From: an uncultured delta proteobacterium
GTDB taxonomy: Bacteria > Myxococcota > B64-G9
Assembly (NCBI GenBank): GCA_963754925.1
Contig: CAVWHX010000004.1
Span: 800,001 to 864,000 of the forward strand
DNA: 64,000 nucleotides
Reading direction: 5' to 3'
Made by a program: the position numbers and the translations under genes. Shown here piece by piece: positions 20,728 through 31,191 of this stretch. Under the pieces are notes generated by a model, which did not search any database, was not told the origin of the DNA, and saw only the letters and a program-made list of their open reading frames with translations. The stretch's first letter is position 1. Each line of letters starts with the position of its first letter.

Positions 20728-23040
20728 CTACAATTTAAAGCGGGTCATCTCAACTTGCAACGTTTCTGCTTGCTCGATGACACGTTCCACGCTTTTCTTC
20801 ATACTCTCCATCGCAGAGCTGTGGTGCTCGGCAACTTCCTTGATGCGATCGACCGCTTGCACCACTTGCTCCGCACCACGGGCTTGCTCTTTTTGGGCCC
20901 GGTTGAGATGGTGAACCATCTCGGAGATGTTTTCGATCGCCCGGGTCACCTGTTTGCTTCCTCGCGACTGTTCCTGGGAGGAGGCATGCACATGCTGCGT
21001 GATCACCCGCATCCGTTCGGCCGAGCTCATGATTTGCTCGCTGCCCTTTGCTTGTTCCGCGGTGGCTGTGGCGATCTGACCAACGGTCTCAGCTATGCGC
21101 TGTATAGCTTCGGCCACCTCTTTTGAACCGCGCGATTGCTCGACCGTCGCGCGTGCAATGGCCCGCACCATATCAGTCGAACGGGTGGAGCTCTCAACGA
21201 TCTTACGCAGCGCCTGCTCCGCCTCGGCTGACAAATTGACGCCCTCGTCGACGCTTTTGAGACCTTTCTCCATGGCGTTGATCACATTTTTGGTTTCGGA
21301 CTGGACACCGGTTACCAGATTAGCGATCTCGTTGGTCGAGGTGGCGGCGCGCTCGGCCAGGTCTTTGATCTCATCCGCCACCACGGCGAAGCCTTTGCCG
21401 TGCTCCCCTGCCTGGGCAGCGATAATCGCCGCGTTGAGTGCGAGGAGGTTGGTCTGTTCGGCCACATCATCGATCACATTGAGCACCTGGCCGATGGCCT
21501 GGACCTTTTTACCCAGCGTCTCTATGACGCCAAAGGCGATCTGGGTGGATTCGTTGATGCGCGAAATACCCGCGATGGTGCTCTTCACCGCTTCGGCTCC
21601 CCGTTCAGCGTCTCGGCGCACTTCCTCGCTGAGGACAGCGGTGTCGTTAGCATTGGATTCAACCTGGCTAATCGAAGCGTCAATCTCGCGCATGGCCGTC
21701 GATGTTTGCTCGGTGGTGGTCGAGAGGTTCTCGACGTTCTTGGCCACTTCTTTTATGGCCTGGGTCATTTCCTCGATGCTGGAGGTGGTCTGCTCGACCG
21801 AGCTGGCCAGGGAGTTGATATTGTCCGCCACTTCATCGTTGGTGGCGGCCATTTCCATGATCGAGCTGGAGGATTCTTCTGCAGAACTTGCGAGGATCTC
21901 GACGTTCTCTGCAATGCCCTTCAATGAGGCCAACATTTCAGCCATCGAGGAGGACGTCTCGTCTACAGCGGCAACCTGATATTCCGCGCCTTGGACGACA
22001 TCACCGGTGCTTTTGGTGATATCATCAACTACCTCATTCAAACTGCCGGTTACCTTGTATATCTTGCGAATCATAGTGTTGAGATTGCTTGAAAGGTGGT
22101 TCAACGTGGCGGCCAATATGCCGAGCTCGTCATTGGAAGTCAGGGGGATTGACTCGGTTAAATTACCGTCAGCGATGCGGTGGGCCGCGCTAAGCATCAA
22201 GGCCAAGTTGCGGTATAACCGCTTATACGCAAGAAACACGAAAATCGTGAAACCGACCAGGGCGATTCCGAAGACGATGAGCACGGTCCGGGCAAGCCAT
22301 GTTTTCTGCTCTTCAAGGTGTTTGGTGCTCAGCCCAAGAAAGAGGTAACCAACCGGGGTTTCGGCACGGTTTTCGGATTCAAATTTCGCAGCGCCGCGGG
22401 AGCCGGCCTTGGCGCCACCTTGTTCGTCAAGCAGTTGGGCTTCGTTTGAAATGGCATCTTCACCTGGCTTGGCCTGCCCCGCGACAGCAGCTTTTGAGGA
22501 TTCATCAGGATTAGCTTTGGCTGAATCCGCAGAGGTCGAAAACTCACTCGCAATCCCCATGCTGCGATACACAGGCTCGGAAAACCCGAACGTGTTATTA
22601 ATTTCCATAAATTCGTAATTATCCCTATGCTCCTTGAGGTTGTTCCGGTGTTTGATGGTTATCTCTTCCGGATCCTGAATAGCGCTCAGCGGTCTAATCA
22701 AGTGCGTCAAGATAGTATAGGGCCATTCGATGTCATCTGATTTATCGTTTTTCTTCACGACGATGACATACGCCAAGTTTTCGCTTTGTTTAAGCAATAT
22801 GGATAGGCGAGCATTCTCGGCATCAGCGTTCTGATATAACACATCAAAGGCGCTTCCATAGGCCAAGATGTGCGCCAACTCGCTTCCATGCGCTATCATT
22901 GAGTTACGAAGCTTTTCACTTACCTGGCTATAGACAATAATACCAACCGCCACCAATATTATTGCGAGAATCAAGGCAAAGCTGATGACGATCTTCGTCC
23001 GTAGACTTAGACCCGTCGGAGATAGTTGCTGGTCATTCAT
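20728..23040 (-). CDS. Methyl-accepting chemotaxis protein (TM-sensor-TM-HAMP, extended signalling domain)
   Basis: [54 protein letters not shown]; two TM helices. Confidence 0.95.
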   Translation of the reverse strand: MNDQQLSPTGLSLRTKIVISFALILAIILVAVGIIVYSQVSEKLRNSMIAHGSELAHILAYGSAFDVLYQNADAENARLSILLKQSENLAYVIVVKKNDKSDDIEWPYTILTHLIRPLSAIQDPEEITIKHRNNLKEHRDNYEFMEINNTFGFSEPVYRSMGIASEFSTSADSAKANPDESSKAAVAGQAKPGEDAISNEAQLLDEQGGAKAGSRGAAKFESENRAETPVGYLFLGLSTKHLEEQKTWLARTVLIVFGIALVGFTIFVFLAYKRLYRNLALMLSAAHRIADGNLTESIPLTSNDELGILAATLNHLSSNLNTMIRKIYKVTGSLNEVVDDITKSTGDVVQGAEYQVAAVDETSSSMAEMLASLKGIAENVEILASSAEESSSSIMEMAATNDEVADNINSLASSVEQTTSSIEEMTQAIKEVAKNVENLSTTTEQTSTAMREIDASISQVESNANDTAVLSEEVRRDAERGAEAVKSTIAGISRINESTQIAFGVIETLGKKVQAIGQVLNVIDDVAEQTNLLALNAAIIAAQAGEHGKGFAVVADEIKDLAERAATSTNEIANLVTGVQSETKNVINAMEKGLKSVDEGVNLSAEAEQALRKIVESSTRSTDMVRAIARATVEQSRGSKEVAEAIQRIAETVGQIATATAEQAKGSEQIMSSAERMRVITQHVHASSQEQSRGSKQVTRAIENISEMVHHLNRAQKEQARGAEQVVQAVDRIKEVAEHHSSAMESMKKSVERVIEQAETLQVEMTRFKL

Positions 23041-23059
23041 AGCCCACCGTTCCCATGTT

Positions 23060-23986
23060 TCATTTACCCACGGTGACCACTCCCGGCCGTTCCAACAGAG
23101 AGCGAGGTACTTTAAGCTCGATCATCGAAGCGGTGGCCAGGTTTATAGTCAGCGTGCCTTCCGGAGCCTGCAACCCGAGATCGGACATCTTTCCTCCCCC
23201 AAGAATTGTTTGAGCCACCTGCGCGGCCTTACGACCCTGGTTGCGATAACTTGCCGAGAAGGAGCAATAGGCGCCCTTGCGAACAAACTCATCAGAAAAT
23301 GCGGCGACCGGAATTTTTTTCTCGGCCTGCATAAGCAGCGCCTGCTCAAAAAACTCTCGGGTCATGACGGTTGCGTCGCGGATCAACCACAACCCATTGC
23401 ATCGAATCGAGCTGTTCTTAAGGCTTTCCAGGACTTGGCTACGATCTTCGATTGCATATTCCTCAATTTTTATTCCTATCCCCGAGGCCGCCGCCCGAAT
23501 GCCTTCTATAAATCGGGATGACTGTTTCGGATCGTATATCACACCGAGGGTTTTTACATTCGGAATAGCTTCCTTGAAAGCCTGAAGCTGTTTATCGACG
23601 GGCGCCTCCATATCGACGCCAACAACATTAGATGCCTTCAGTTTAGCCTGTTGTGAGCTCATCACCATGCAATACACGATAGGCAGATCGGTGAATTCGC
23701 CCTTGAGCGCAAAAGCGGCGCCCGATCCGACGGCAACCAGAACGCGGGGTGTCTTCGCGCGAACGGTTGCGGCAATTTCACCTACGTCCTCATTTGAATT
23801 CAACGATACTACTTCTATCGAACCCCTAAACGCCTCTTTAAATCCTTCTACCGCCTGATCATAGAGAGGCATATCTTTCGACTTTACCACCAACACTTCA
23901 GTTGCCAACACCGGCGCGCTTATCAAAAAAACCAACCCCAGGGTGATTATTTTGGAACGCGTCAATCGTTGGCCAGCTGACCACAT
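23060..23986 (-). CDS. Periplasmic ABC-type substrate-binding protein (ABC_sub_bind-like)
   Basis: Signal peptide; [45 protein letters not shown]. Confidence 0.82.
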   Translation of the reverse strand: MWSAGQRLTRSKIITLGLVFLISAPVLATEVLVVKSKDMPLYDQAVEGFKEAFRGSIEVVSLNSNEDVGEIAATVRAKTPRVLVAVGSGAAFALKGEFTDLPIVYCMVMSSQQAKLKASNVVGVDMEAPVDKQLQAFKEAIPNVKTLGVIYDPKQSSRFIEGIRAAASGIGIKIEEYAIEDRSQVLESLKNSSIRCNGLWLIRDATVMTREFFEQALLMQAEKKIPVAAFSDEFVRKGAYCSFSASYRNQGRKAAQVAQTILGGGKMSDLGLQAPEGTLTINLATASMIELKVPRSLLERPGVVTVGK

Positions 23987-24038
23987 GCACCTACTCCCAC
24001 CGGACCTGTAGAATAAGCCAGCGAAAAATGTCGATAGT

Positions 24039-24067
24039 ATAATAATTTAGCCACCCAACTATGTCAA
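24039..24067 (-). promoter_or_regulatory. Sigma70-like promoter for the SBP-MCP-tatC unit
   Basis: Minus strand TTGACA, 17-bp spacer, TATTAT. Confidence 0.55.
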
Positions 24068-24219
24068 GAATCGGACAAATTAAACAATTTGAAATATCTG
24101 ATTGATAGGTATATATCTTTTATATATATGTTATTATAATTTCCACTAGCCCCTAATTGAAAGATACCTCATATTAATAGACGCTTGACGCTTGTTCTAT
24201 TATTAAGCTACAAAATATC

Positions 24220-24332
24220 AAGATCAGGCGGCCCGAGAAATTGAAGCCCCATCTCGCTTCGCTCGGCAAGAATCTCTTGGGTGCAGCCGGGCCATCGGAT
24301 GCAGGCAGCGGGAAATTCACCCCGTGGGACGC
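24220..24332 (+). ncRNA. czcD (NiCo) metal-sensing riboswitch
   Basis: Blocks GATCAGGC ... TGCAGCCGGGC ... GGCAGCGGG ... CCCGTGGGAC match the czcD/NiCo consensus order as recalled. It lies in the leader of a CDF gene and overlaps an intrinsic terminator. Confidence 0.82.
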
Positions 24333-24352
24333 ATAGTCTCGCGGGTTTTTTT
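24321..24352 (+). terminator. Riboswitch expression-platform terminator
   Basis: CCCGTGGGAC-GCATA-GTCTCGCGGG-TTTTTTT; the 5' arm is also the 3' end of the aptamer. Confidence 0.8.
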
Positions 24353-24369
24353 GACGATTGAGGATCGAG

Positions 24370-25329
24370 ATGGCATTTGAGAAACGCAAAATGACGGTGG
24401 CGTTGTTGTCGATCTTCTCAAATACTTTTCTCGTGGCTGGCAAACTGATCGTTGGGTTTTTGATTGGTTCGGTTTCCGTCATCTCCGAGGCAATACATTC
24501 CGGCGTTGATTTGTTGGCCGCGATAATCGCTTTCTTGGCCGTGCGCTCATCCAGTAAACCGGCTGATGATCAGCACCCCTATGGCCATGGAAAATGGGAG
24601 AATATCTCCGGAGCAGTCGAAGCATTGCTTATCTTTGTAGCCGCCGGCTGGATTATCTATGAGTCTATTCACAAGCTTCTTCATCCAGCAGACCTTCCAC
24701 AAGCGGGCCTCGGGGTAGTTCTCATGCTGATATCGGCTACCATGAACCTGATTGTCTCACATTTTCTTTTCAAAGTGGGCGAGCAGACCGAGTCCATGGC
24801 GTTGCTGGCTGACGGCTGGCACCTGCGCACCGATGTCTACACCTCGCTTGGCGTGATGGTTGGCCTGGGGTTCATCTGGCTTGGTGGATTTCTATTCAAG
24901 GATATCAATCTGTTATGGCTCGATCCGCTGGTGGCAATGGCGGTGGCAGTGCTCATTCTCCGCGCCGCTTGGAAATTGGTGCGTGACTCGCTGCGAGATC
25001 TTCTCGACGAGAGCCTGCCTGCGCCTGAGCAGGAGTGGATTTCAAACCGGGTGCGCGAATTGCAACCTACCGTGCGCTCATATCATAAACTCCGCACCCG
25101 CCGATCGGGCACGACACGCTTCATCGACCTGCATTTGGTGGTGGATCCCCGGATGACGGTCGAAAACTCTCATCAGATTAGCCACCAGCTTGCAGCCGAA
25201 ATTCGAGCCCATTTCCCCGATAGCAGCGTCATCGCCCATATTGAGCCCTGCGACGGCAAGTGCCCCAAGATGTGCGTTGATAGCTGCCTCTTGTCACCCT
25301 CAGAGCGAGCGACCATACAGACGAAATAG
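24370..25329 (+). CDS. Cation diffusion facilitator (FieF/CzcD family) with Cys-rich C-terminal tail
   Basis: SEAIHSGVD, HPYGHGKWE, ADGWHLRTD, LDPLVA, HIEPC...C..C...C. Confidence 0.95.
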   Translation: MAFEKRKMTVALLSIFSNTFLVAGKLIVGFLIGSVSVISEAIHSGVDLLAAIIAFLAVRSSSKPADDQHPYGHGKWENISGAVEALLIFVAAGWIIYESIHKLLHPADLPQAGLGVVLMLISATMNLIVSHFLFKVGEQTESMALLADGWHLRTDVYTSLGVMVGLGFIWLGGFLFKDINLLWLDPLVAMAVAVLILRAAWKLVRDSLRDLLDESLPAPEQEWISNRVRELQPTVRSYHKLRTRRSGTTRFIDLHLVVDPRMTVENSHQISHQLAAEIRAHFPDSSVIAHIEPCDGKCPKMCVDSCLLSPSERATIQTK

Positions 25330-25348
25330 ATGGTGCCCTGCTGGTTGC

Positions 25349-26641
25349 TTATTTGCGCTCGATCCGCGCGCCGAGAGCCTGCAATCGTTCCTCGATTCGT
25401 TCGTAGCCCCGATCAATCTGACCGATATTAAAAACCACGCTTTTTCCCTGGGCGCACAGGGCGGCGCACAACAAAGCCATTCCGGCCCGAATGTCGGGAC
25501 TGGGCAACCCGTCGGGCTCACCATACAGTTGGCTGGGGCCGACTACCACTGCCCGATGGGGATCGCATAAGATGATGCGCGCACCCATGCCCACCAGCCG
25601 ATCGACGAAGAACAGCCGGCTCTCGAACATCTTCTCGTGGATGAGCACCGTTCCGCGCGCTTGGGTGGCCACCACCAAAGCGATGCTGATCAAGTCAGGA
25701 TTGAAGCCCGGCCAGGGCGCCGAGTCGATCTTCGGAATGGCGTTGTGTAGGTCCTGACGCACGCAGAGCTCCTGATCCGCGGGAACCACGATGTCATCGC
25801 CCTCGTCAATGAAGCTTACCCCCAATCGGCCGAACGCGATACGCGTCATGCGGTGCTCTTCGGGCCGCGCGCGAACGATACGGAGCTGGCTCTTGGTGAT
25901 CGCCGCCAAACCAATAAACGACCCCACCTCCATGAAATCCGGCCCGATGGTGTATTCACACCCCGTGAGTTGGCCGACGCCTTCGATGTGCACTTGGTTG
26001 GTGCCAATACCGGTGATGGCGCCACCCATACGATTAAGGCAGTGGCAGAGATCTTGGACATGCGGCTCTGATGCGGCGTTGCTAATGACCGTCGCTCCCT
26101 CGGCCAGCACCGCCGCCAGGATGGCTTGTTCGGTACCGGTGACCGAGGTTTCATCCAGAAAGATCTCGGTTCCGCGCAGACGGTCGGCCTTGAGAATGTA
26201 AGCGGTCTGGGTCACCTCGAGCGTCGCCCCCAAGGCTTGGAGGGCGCCAAAGTGGGTATCGAGCCGACGTCGGCCAATGAGATCTCCGCCGGGGCGGGGG
26301 AGGGTCACCGTGCCGTGCCGCGCGAGCAAGGGGCCCGCCACCAACACCGATGAGCGGATCTTCCGAGACAGCAACCGATCCGGTTCGGTGTTCGTCAAGC
26401 GATGGGCCGAAAGGCTGATGCTATGACCCTTGCGCCAACCTATCTCTACGCCGAGCTGTTCTATCAAACGCAACTTGTTGGTTACGTCGCCTATCAAGGG
26501 GAGATTGTGCAACACCAACTCGCCGTTGGTCAGCAGCGAAGCCGCGAGCAGCGGCAGCGCCGCGTTCTTGTTGCCGGACGGGGTAATGCTACCGTGCAAC
26601 CGATGGCCGCCCTCGATAACAAACCTCTCCATTACAGGCAC
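25349..26641 (-). CDS. murA: UDP-N-acetylglucosamine 1-carboxyvinyltransferase (start GTG 26641 or ATG 26632)
   Basis: [42 protein letters not shown]. Confidence 0.96.
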   Translation of the reverse strand: MPVMERFVIEGGHRLHGSITPSGNKNAALPLLAASLLTNGELVLHNLPLIGDVTNKLRLIEQLGVEIGWRKGHSISLSAHRLTNTEPDRLLSRKIRSSVLVAGPLLARHGTVTLPRPGGDLIGRRRLDTHFGALQALGATLEVTQTAYILKADRLRGTEIFLDETSVTGTEQAILAAVLAEGATVISNAASEPHVQDLCHCLNRMGGAITGIGTNQVHIEGVGQLTGCEYTIGPDFMEVGSFIGLAAITKSQLRIVRARPEEHRMTRIAFGRLGVSFIDEGDDIVVPADQELCVRQDLHNAIPKIDSAPWPGFNPDLISIALVVATQARGTVLIHEKMFESRLFFVDRLVGMGARIILCDPHRAVVVGPSQLYGEPDGLPSPDIRAGMALLCAALCAQGKSVVFNIGQIDRGYERIEERLQALGARIERK

Positions 26642-26645
26642 TCTT

Positions 26646-26775
26646 TCCTGGGGTTGAAACCCCAGGCTCCATTTCTCCGCTGCTTCGCAGCAACAAATAG
26701 TCTTGTTCTTCTCATTGTCGCAGTTAGACGCTGCAAAGCAGCGAGGGTTGATAGCCTGGGATTTTAATCCCAGGA
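26646..26775. repeat. 130-bp REPIN-like inverted doublet of a second REP family
   Basis: TCCTGGGGTTGAAACCCCAGGCT (26646-26668) and AGCCTGGGATTTTAATCCCAGGA (26753-26775), with inner inverted hairpins CGCTGCTTCGCAGC and CGCTGCAAAGCAGCG. Confidence 0.8.
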
Positions 26776-27066
26776 CTACGTATTATGCCCAAGCTTTTTC
26801 GGACCTTCCTTGAAGAGCACCTCGATCCGCCGTTCTTCGGCGTTGATCACGATGCCCTTGCCGAATACCGGATGAAGGATTAAATTCGTCTCTTCAAAGC
26901 TGCCTTTGAGCGAGTATGGCTTGAATGCCTCCTCGGGCGCTTTGGCGACGTGCTCTTCCCAGGTATACTTGGGCTTGGTCGGTTTGGGAATGGAGAAACG
27001 CGGCGCATCTTCGGAGTCGCGGATCCGCGGTGTGCGCGATACCTGTTTTGTTCTTTTTATTGACAT
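26776..27066 (-). CDS. Small hypothetical protein (96 aa) with a C-terminal Tudor/SH3-like motif
   Basis: ATG at 27066; PYSLKGSF...[12 protein letters not shown]...[14 protein letters not shown]. The 5' part of track ORF 26776..27591 is only the antisense of ygiQ. Confidence 0.7.
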   Translation of the reverse strand: MSIKRTKQVSRTPRIRDSEDAPRFSIPKPTKPKYTWEEHVAKAPEEAFKPYSLKGSFEETNLILHPVFGKGIVINAEERRIEVLFKEGPKKLGHNT

Positions 27067-27084
27067 GGGCGCAATAATAAACAG

Positions 27085-29028
27085 ATGAACGACGAAGGTC
27101 AAGTAGACACCGCAATTTTCCTGACAGCCGGACAGCGGCCGCGTTCCCCGGTTGAAGCAGAGGTTTTGCCCCTGTCGCGCGCCGAGCTCGATGCGCTTGG
27201 ATGGGACACGTGCGACGTCATACTCGTTACCGGCGATGCTCTCGTCGATCATCCGAGCTTTGGCGTGGCGGTGATTGCGCGGGTGCTCTTGGCCAGAGGC
27301 TTTCGGGTCGGGATCATCGCGCAGCCCGATTGGCGCTCGAACGCGGCCTTCACCGTCCTCGGCCGTCCCAATCTGTTCTTTGGGGTGACTGCGGGCAATG
27401 TGGACTCGCTGGTCAATCGGTTCACCGCCGATAAAAGGCCGCGCTCCGACGACGCCTACACCCCTGATGATCAACCCAACGGCCGGCCGGATCGAGCCAC
27501 GATCGTTTATGCTCATCGCTGCCGCGAGGCTTTTCCCGATGTGCCGATACTCCTGGGTGGGTTGGAAGCCTCGCTGCGTCGGGCGGCGCATTATGACTAT
27601 TGGTCCGACAGCGTGCGTCGCTCAATCCTGATTGACGCTCAGGCCGACCTGTTGCTGTATGGCAATGCCGAGCGCGCGGTGGTTACGGTAGCAGAACGCC
27701 TCGCCGCCTCTGAGCCTATCGAAAGCATCACCGATGTCCGCGGCACGGTTTTCGTGCGACAAGCCGGCGCGTCGACGAGCACCGACGATGCATTGGTAAA
27801 GCTCCCTTCGTTCGATGAAGTCTCGCGCGACCCCTATGCCTATACCCAGGCCGCCCGTTTGATTCAACTCGAGGCATGGCGCACCAACGGCCGAACGCTG
27901 GTCCAGCGTCATGGAACGCGCGAGGTGTGGTTGCGGCCGCCGCCCGAGCCGCTATCTACCCCCGAGCTTGATTGGATCTACGAGCTTCCGTATCAGCGCG
28001 CTCCCCATCCCCGGTACGCCGGCCGACGTCTGGCGGCTTATGAAACCGTCCGGTTTTCGATTGCCATCCTGCGCGGCTGTTTCGGTGGCTGCGCTTTCTG
28101 CTCGCTCGCCGCTCATGAAGGCCCGATTATCCAAAACCGTTCCGCGGAATCAATCCTGCGTGAAATGGCCCTGGTGCGCGATTGCGTCCCGGGATTCACC
28201 GGCATCATTTCGGATCTCGGCGGGCCAACCGCCAATATGTATCGCATGGGTTGCGGTCGAAAAGCCGGCATGGGTCAGTGCCATCGGTTATCGTGCCTGT
28301 ATCCAGACATTTGCCGCAACTTGATAAAAAGCCACGCCCCCCTGATCGACCTGTATCGACACGCCCGGGCGCTGCCGGGAATCAAGAAGGTTCTCATCGG
28401 CTCGGGGGTGCGCTACGATCTGGCGCTGACCTCGCCCGAATACATTCGCGAACTTGTCACCCACCATGTTGGCGGTTACCTTAAAACCGCGCCGGAACAC
28501 ATCTGCCCCGGACCGCTCGCGGCCATGCAAAAACCAGGGCTGTCGTGCTACGAGCGTTTTCGCGACTTGTTTGATAGATACTCTCGCAGGGCCGGTAAAG
28601 AACAATACCTGATCCCCTACTTTATTGCCGCCCATCCGGGAACCACCGACGAAGATATGCTCACCCTCGCCTGTTGGTTGAAGCAAAACTGCTACCGCCT
28701 CGATCAAGTCCAAACTTTTTTGCCCTCGCCCATGACCCCGGCCACCGCCATGTATCACACGGGAAAAAATCCTTTACGCCCAATTCACCAAGGCTCCGAG
28801 GACATCATTGTTCCGAAGCAGCCTAAAATTCGGCGATTACACAAAGCGTTTTTACGCTACCATGATCCAGGAAATTGGCCCGTGCTTCGGGAGGCGCTGA
28901 GACGCATGGGCCGAGCCGACCTGATCGGCCCCCATCCGCACCAACTGGTTCCGGCTTACCAGCCCGCCGGAAAATCCGGCCGGCCAGAGGGCATTCGCCG
29001 GCCGCGGAAGAGAGGCAAAAAAAAGTAA
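27085..29028 (+). CDS. ygiQ: YgiQ (UPF0313) radical SAM protein
   Basis: [35 protein letters not shown] (CxxxCxxC), [21 protein letters not shown]. Confidence 0.93.
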   Translation: MNDEGQVDTAIFLTAGQRPRSPVEAEVLPLSRAELDALGWDTCDVILVTGDALVDHPSFGVAVIARVLLARGFRVGIIAQPDWRSNAAFTVLGRPNLFFGVTAGNVDSLVNRFTADKRPRSDDAYTPDDQPNGRPDRATIVYAHRCREAFPDVPILLGGLEASLRRAAHYDYWSDSVRRSILIDAQADLLLYGNAERAVVTVAERLAASEPIESITDVRGTVFVRQAGASTSTDDALVKLPSFDEVSRDPYAYTQAARLIQLEAWRTNGRTLVQRHGTREVWLRPPPEPLSTPELDWIYELPYQRAPHPRYAGRRLAAYETVRFSIAILRGCFGGCAFCSLAAHEGPIIQNRSAESILREMALVRDCVPGFTGIISDLGGPTANMYRMGCGRKAGMGQCHRLSCLYPDICRNLIKSHAPLIDLYRHARALPGIKKVLIGSGVRYDLALTSPEYIRELVTHHVGGYLKTAPEHICPGPLAAMQKPGLSCYERFRDLFDRYSRRAGKEQYLIPYFIAAHPGTTDEDMLTLACWLKQNCYRLDQVQTFLPSPMTPATAMYHTGKNPLRPIHQGSEDIIVPKQPKIRRLHKAFLRYHDPGNWPVLREALRRMGRADLIGPHPHQLVPAYQPAGKSGRPEGIRRPRKRGKKK

Positions 29029-29029
29029 T

Positions 29030-29545
29030 TTAGGGGTTTTCGTTAAGGAACTGAGTCTTTTGGTTTATGCAATCCGTAACCGCCGGTATATTGCAACTGG
29101 TACTACTCGCACAGGATGCCAAGGAATTAAGAAATCCGCCGTCAAGGCATTTCAACGCATTGAACGCGCCCGAATTCTCAATATCTGTCAGCGAGTTGAC
29201 GCAGGTTTCTGCATCGACGAACCCGCCGCAACTCTGAAGTTGTCCGCAGATCTTATTGAAAAGCCCGCCGAGATCGGTTTTGCAGTTTTGAAACGCCTGG
29301 GTATCGCAAATTGCAATATCAGAACAATCTTGATTAACGCAACTGTTCAATTTCGATAGAACGTCATCGTTGAGAGTGTCATTCAACTTGCTACAGGTGG
29401 TGTTACAGCTTGCGACGTCTGTCGTAGAATCGCATTGTTTTTGCTTGTTACAGGAGTTAGTACAATTGATGCTCGACCCACCGCAGGAACTGACGGTGCT
29501 ACCAACGAACACTACCAACGAAATCACAACAAATATTTTTTTCAT
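29030..29545 (-). CDS. Cysteine-rich lipoprotein
   Basis: MKKIF... leader with lipobox VSSC and GAGGAG RBS; 16 further Cys in two similar halves. Confidence 0.75.
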   Translation of the reverse strand: MKKIFVVISLVVFVGSTVSSCGGSSINCTNSCNKQKQCDSTTDVASCNTTCSKLNDTLNDDVLSKLNSCVNQDCSDIAICDTQAFQNCKTDLGGLFNKICGQLQSCGGFVDAETCVNSLTDIENSGAFNALKCLDGGFLNSLASCASSTSCNIPAVTDCINQKTQFLNENP

Positions 29546-29737
29546 TTTGTCTCTCCTCACACAGGAATTTCTGGTTTCATCAGTTATCATTTTCTTCAAC
29601 GTTCTGTGTCGCGACCGCGCGGGAACTGGGCTGATTTAACAGATTTGATCACAACAAGCAAGTCCTGTTGGTGAAAAATCTTTCACACACTGAAACTAAT
29701 AGGTTTCAATCGGTTATAACCGGAAGGAGGGAAGCTA

Positions 29738-31162
29738 TTATTTTGTTTTAGCGAGAAAATTATTGATTTTACGAGCAACTTGGCGGCCTTCGGTGATCGC
29801 CCATACGACCAGCGACTGACCACGGCGCATGTCGCCTGCAGCAAAAACGCCGGGGACGTTGGTTGCCATGTTTTCGTCTGTGGCGACGTTACCGCGATCG
29901 TCGAGTGACACACCTAATTGCTTGAGCATGCCGCCCTGTTCGGGGCCACTAAATCCCATAGCTAAAAGAACCAAATCAGCGGCCAGGCTGAACGTGCTCT
30001 CGGCAATTTCTTTCATCACCATGCAACCATAACTGTTGGTGGACCATTCAACGCGCACGAAGTTAGCTTTCTCTACTCGGTTTATTCCTTCGAACGACTT
30101 AATAAGTACCGCCCACTCGCGCCGGCAGCCTTCCTCTTGTGAAGAGGATGTTCTCAAAATCGCTGGCCAGGTCGGCCAGGGCATTGCCGGCGTTCGTTCG
30201 GGCGGCGGTTGGGGCAAGATCTCGATCTGAGTTACCGACCGCGCCCCCTGCCGAATCGCCGTGCCCACGCAGTCCGAGCCCGTATCCCCACCGCCAATCA
30301 CAATCACATAGTTATGAGCGGCAGTGATCGCTTGTTCCTCGGGGATAGTTTCCCCGGCTACCCGGCGGTTTTGCTGAGACAGATAGTCGATGGCCAGATA
30401 AATCCCCGGAAGATCGCGGCCTTGTAAGGGAAGATCGCGGGCTAGTGTCGCCCCACCCGCCAAACAGATAGCTTGAAAGTCCCTTTTAATCCACTCGACA
30501 TCGATGTTGCCGCCGACCGAGGAGTTTATCCTGAAATTCACCCCTTCCTGGGCCATGATATCGATCCGCCTCTTGACCAGGCTCTTCTCCAATTTGAAAT
30601 CCGGAATGCCGTAAGTTAGAAGGCCGCCTATTTTATCACTCCGTTCAAAAACGGTGACCGTATGACCAAAGTAGTTGAGCTCCGCCGCCGCCGCTAGACC
30701 GGCCGGGCCAGAACCGACAATCGCCACCCGTTTTCCCGAACGCGTGGCCGGCAGCAACGCATCCACCCAGCCTTCTTCGAAGGCGCGGTCGATGATAGCG
30801 GCCTCAATTTGCTTAATCGTCACCGGTGGTTCATTGATACCAAGCACACAGGCGGGCTCGCACGGCGCCGGGCAAACCCGACCGGTGAACTCGGGAAAGT
30901 TGTTGGTCGCATGCAGCGATTCGATCGCGTCTTTCCATCGACCTCGGTAGACGAAATCATTCCATTCCGGGATAAGGTTGCCGAGGGGACAGCCCCAGTG
31001 GCAAAAGGGCACCCCGCAATCCATACACCGCGCTCCCTGGATGGCGAGCTCCCGCTCGCCGAGGGGGATATCGAACTCTCTATTGTCCTTGATACGCTCT
31101 GTAACGGGTCGTTTTGACCCGTCTTGGCGGGGATATTTTAAGAACCCTTGGGGATCGCCCAT
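29738..31162 (-). CDS. gltD: Glutamate synthase small subunit
   Basis: RCMDCGVPFCHWGCP, NNFPEFTGRVCPAPCE, GSGPAG, IGGGDTGSDC, RGQSLVVWAI. Confidence 0.98.
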   Translation of the reverse strand: MGDPQGFLKYPRQDGSKRPVTERIKDNREFDIPLGERELAIQGARCMDCGVPFCHWGCPLGNLIPEWNDFVYRGRWKDAIESLHATNNFPEFTGRVCPAPCEPACVLGINEPPVTIKQIEAAIIDRAFEEGWVDALLPATRSGKRVAIVGSGPAGLAAAAELNYFGHTVTVFERSDKIGGLLTYGIPDFKLEKSLVKRRIDIMAQEGVNFRINSSVGGNIDVEWIKRDFQAICLAGGATLARDLPLQGRDLPGIYLAIDYLSQQNRRVAGETIPEEQAITAAHNYVIVIGGGDTGSDCVGTAIRQGARSVTQIEILPQPPPERTPAMPWPTWPAILRTSSSQEEGCRREWAVLIKSFEGINRVEKANFVRVEWSTNSYGCMVMKEIAESTFSLAADLVLLAMGFSGPEQGGMLKQLGVSLDDRGNVATDENMATNVPGVFAAGDMRRGQSLVVWAITEGRQVARKINNFLAKTK

Positions 31163-31191
31163 ATACCAGTACTCCTTTGAAATACCAACCC

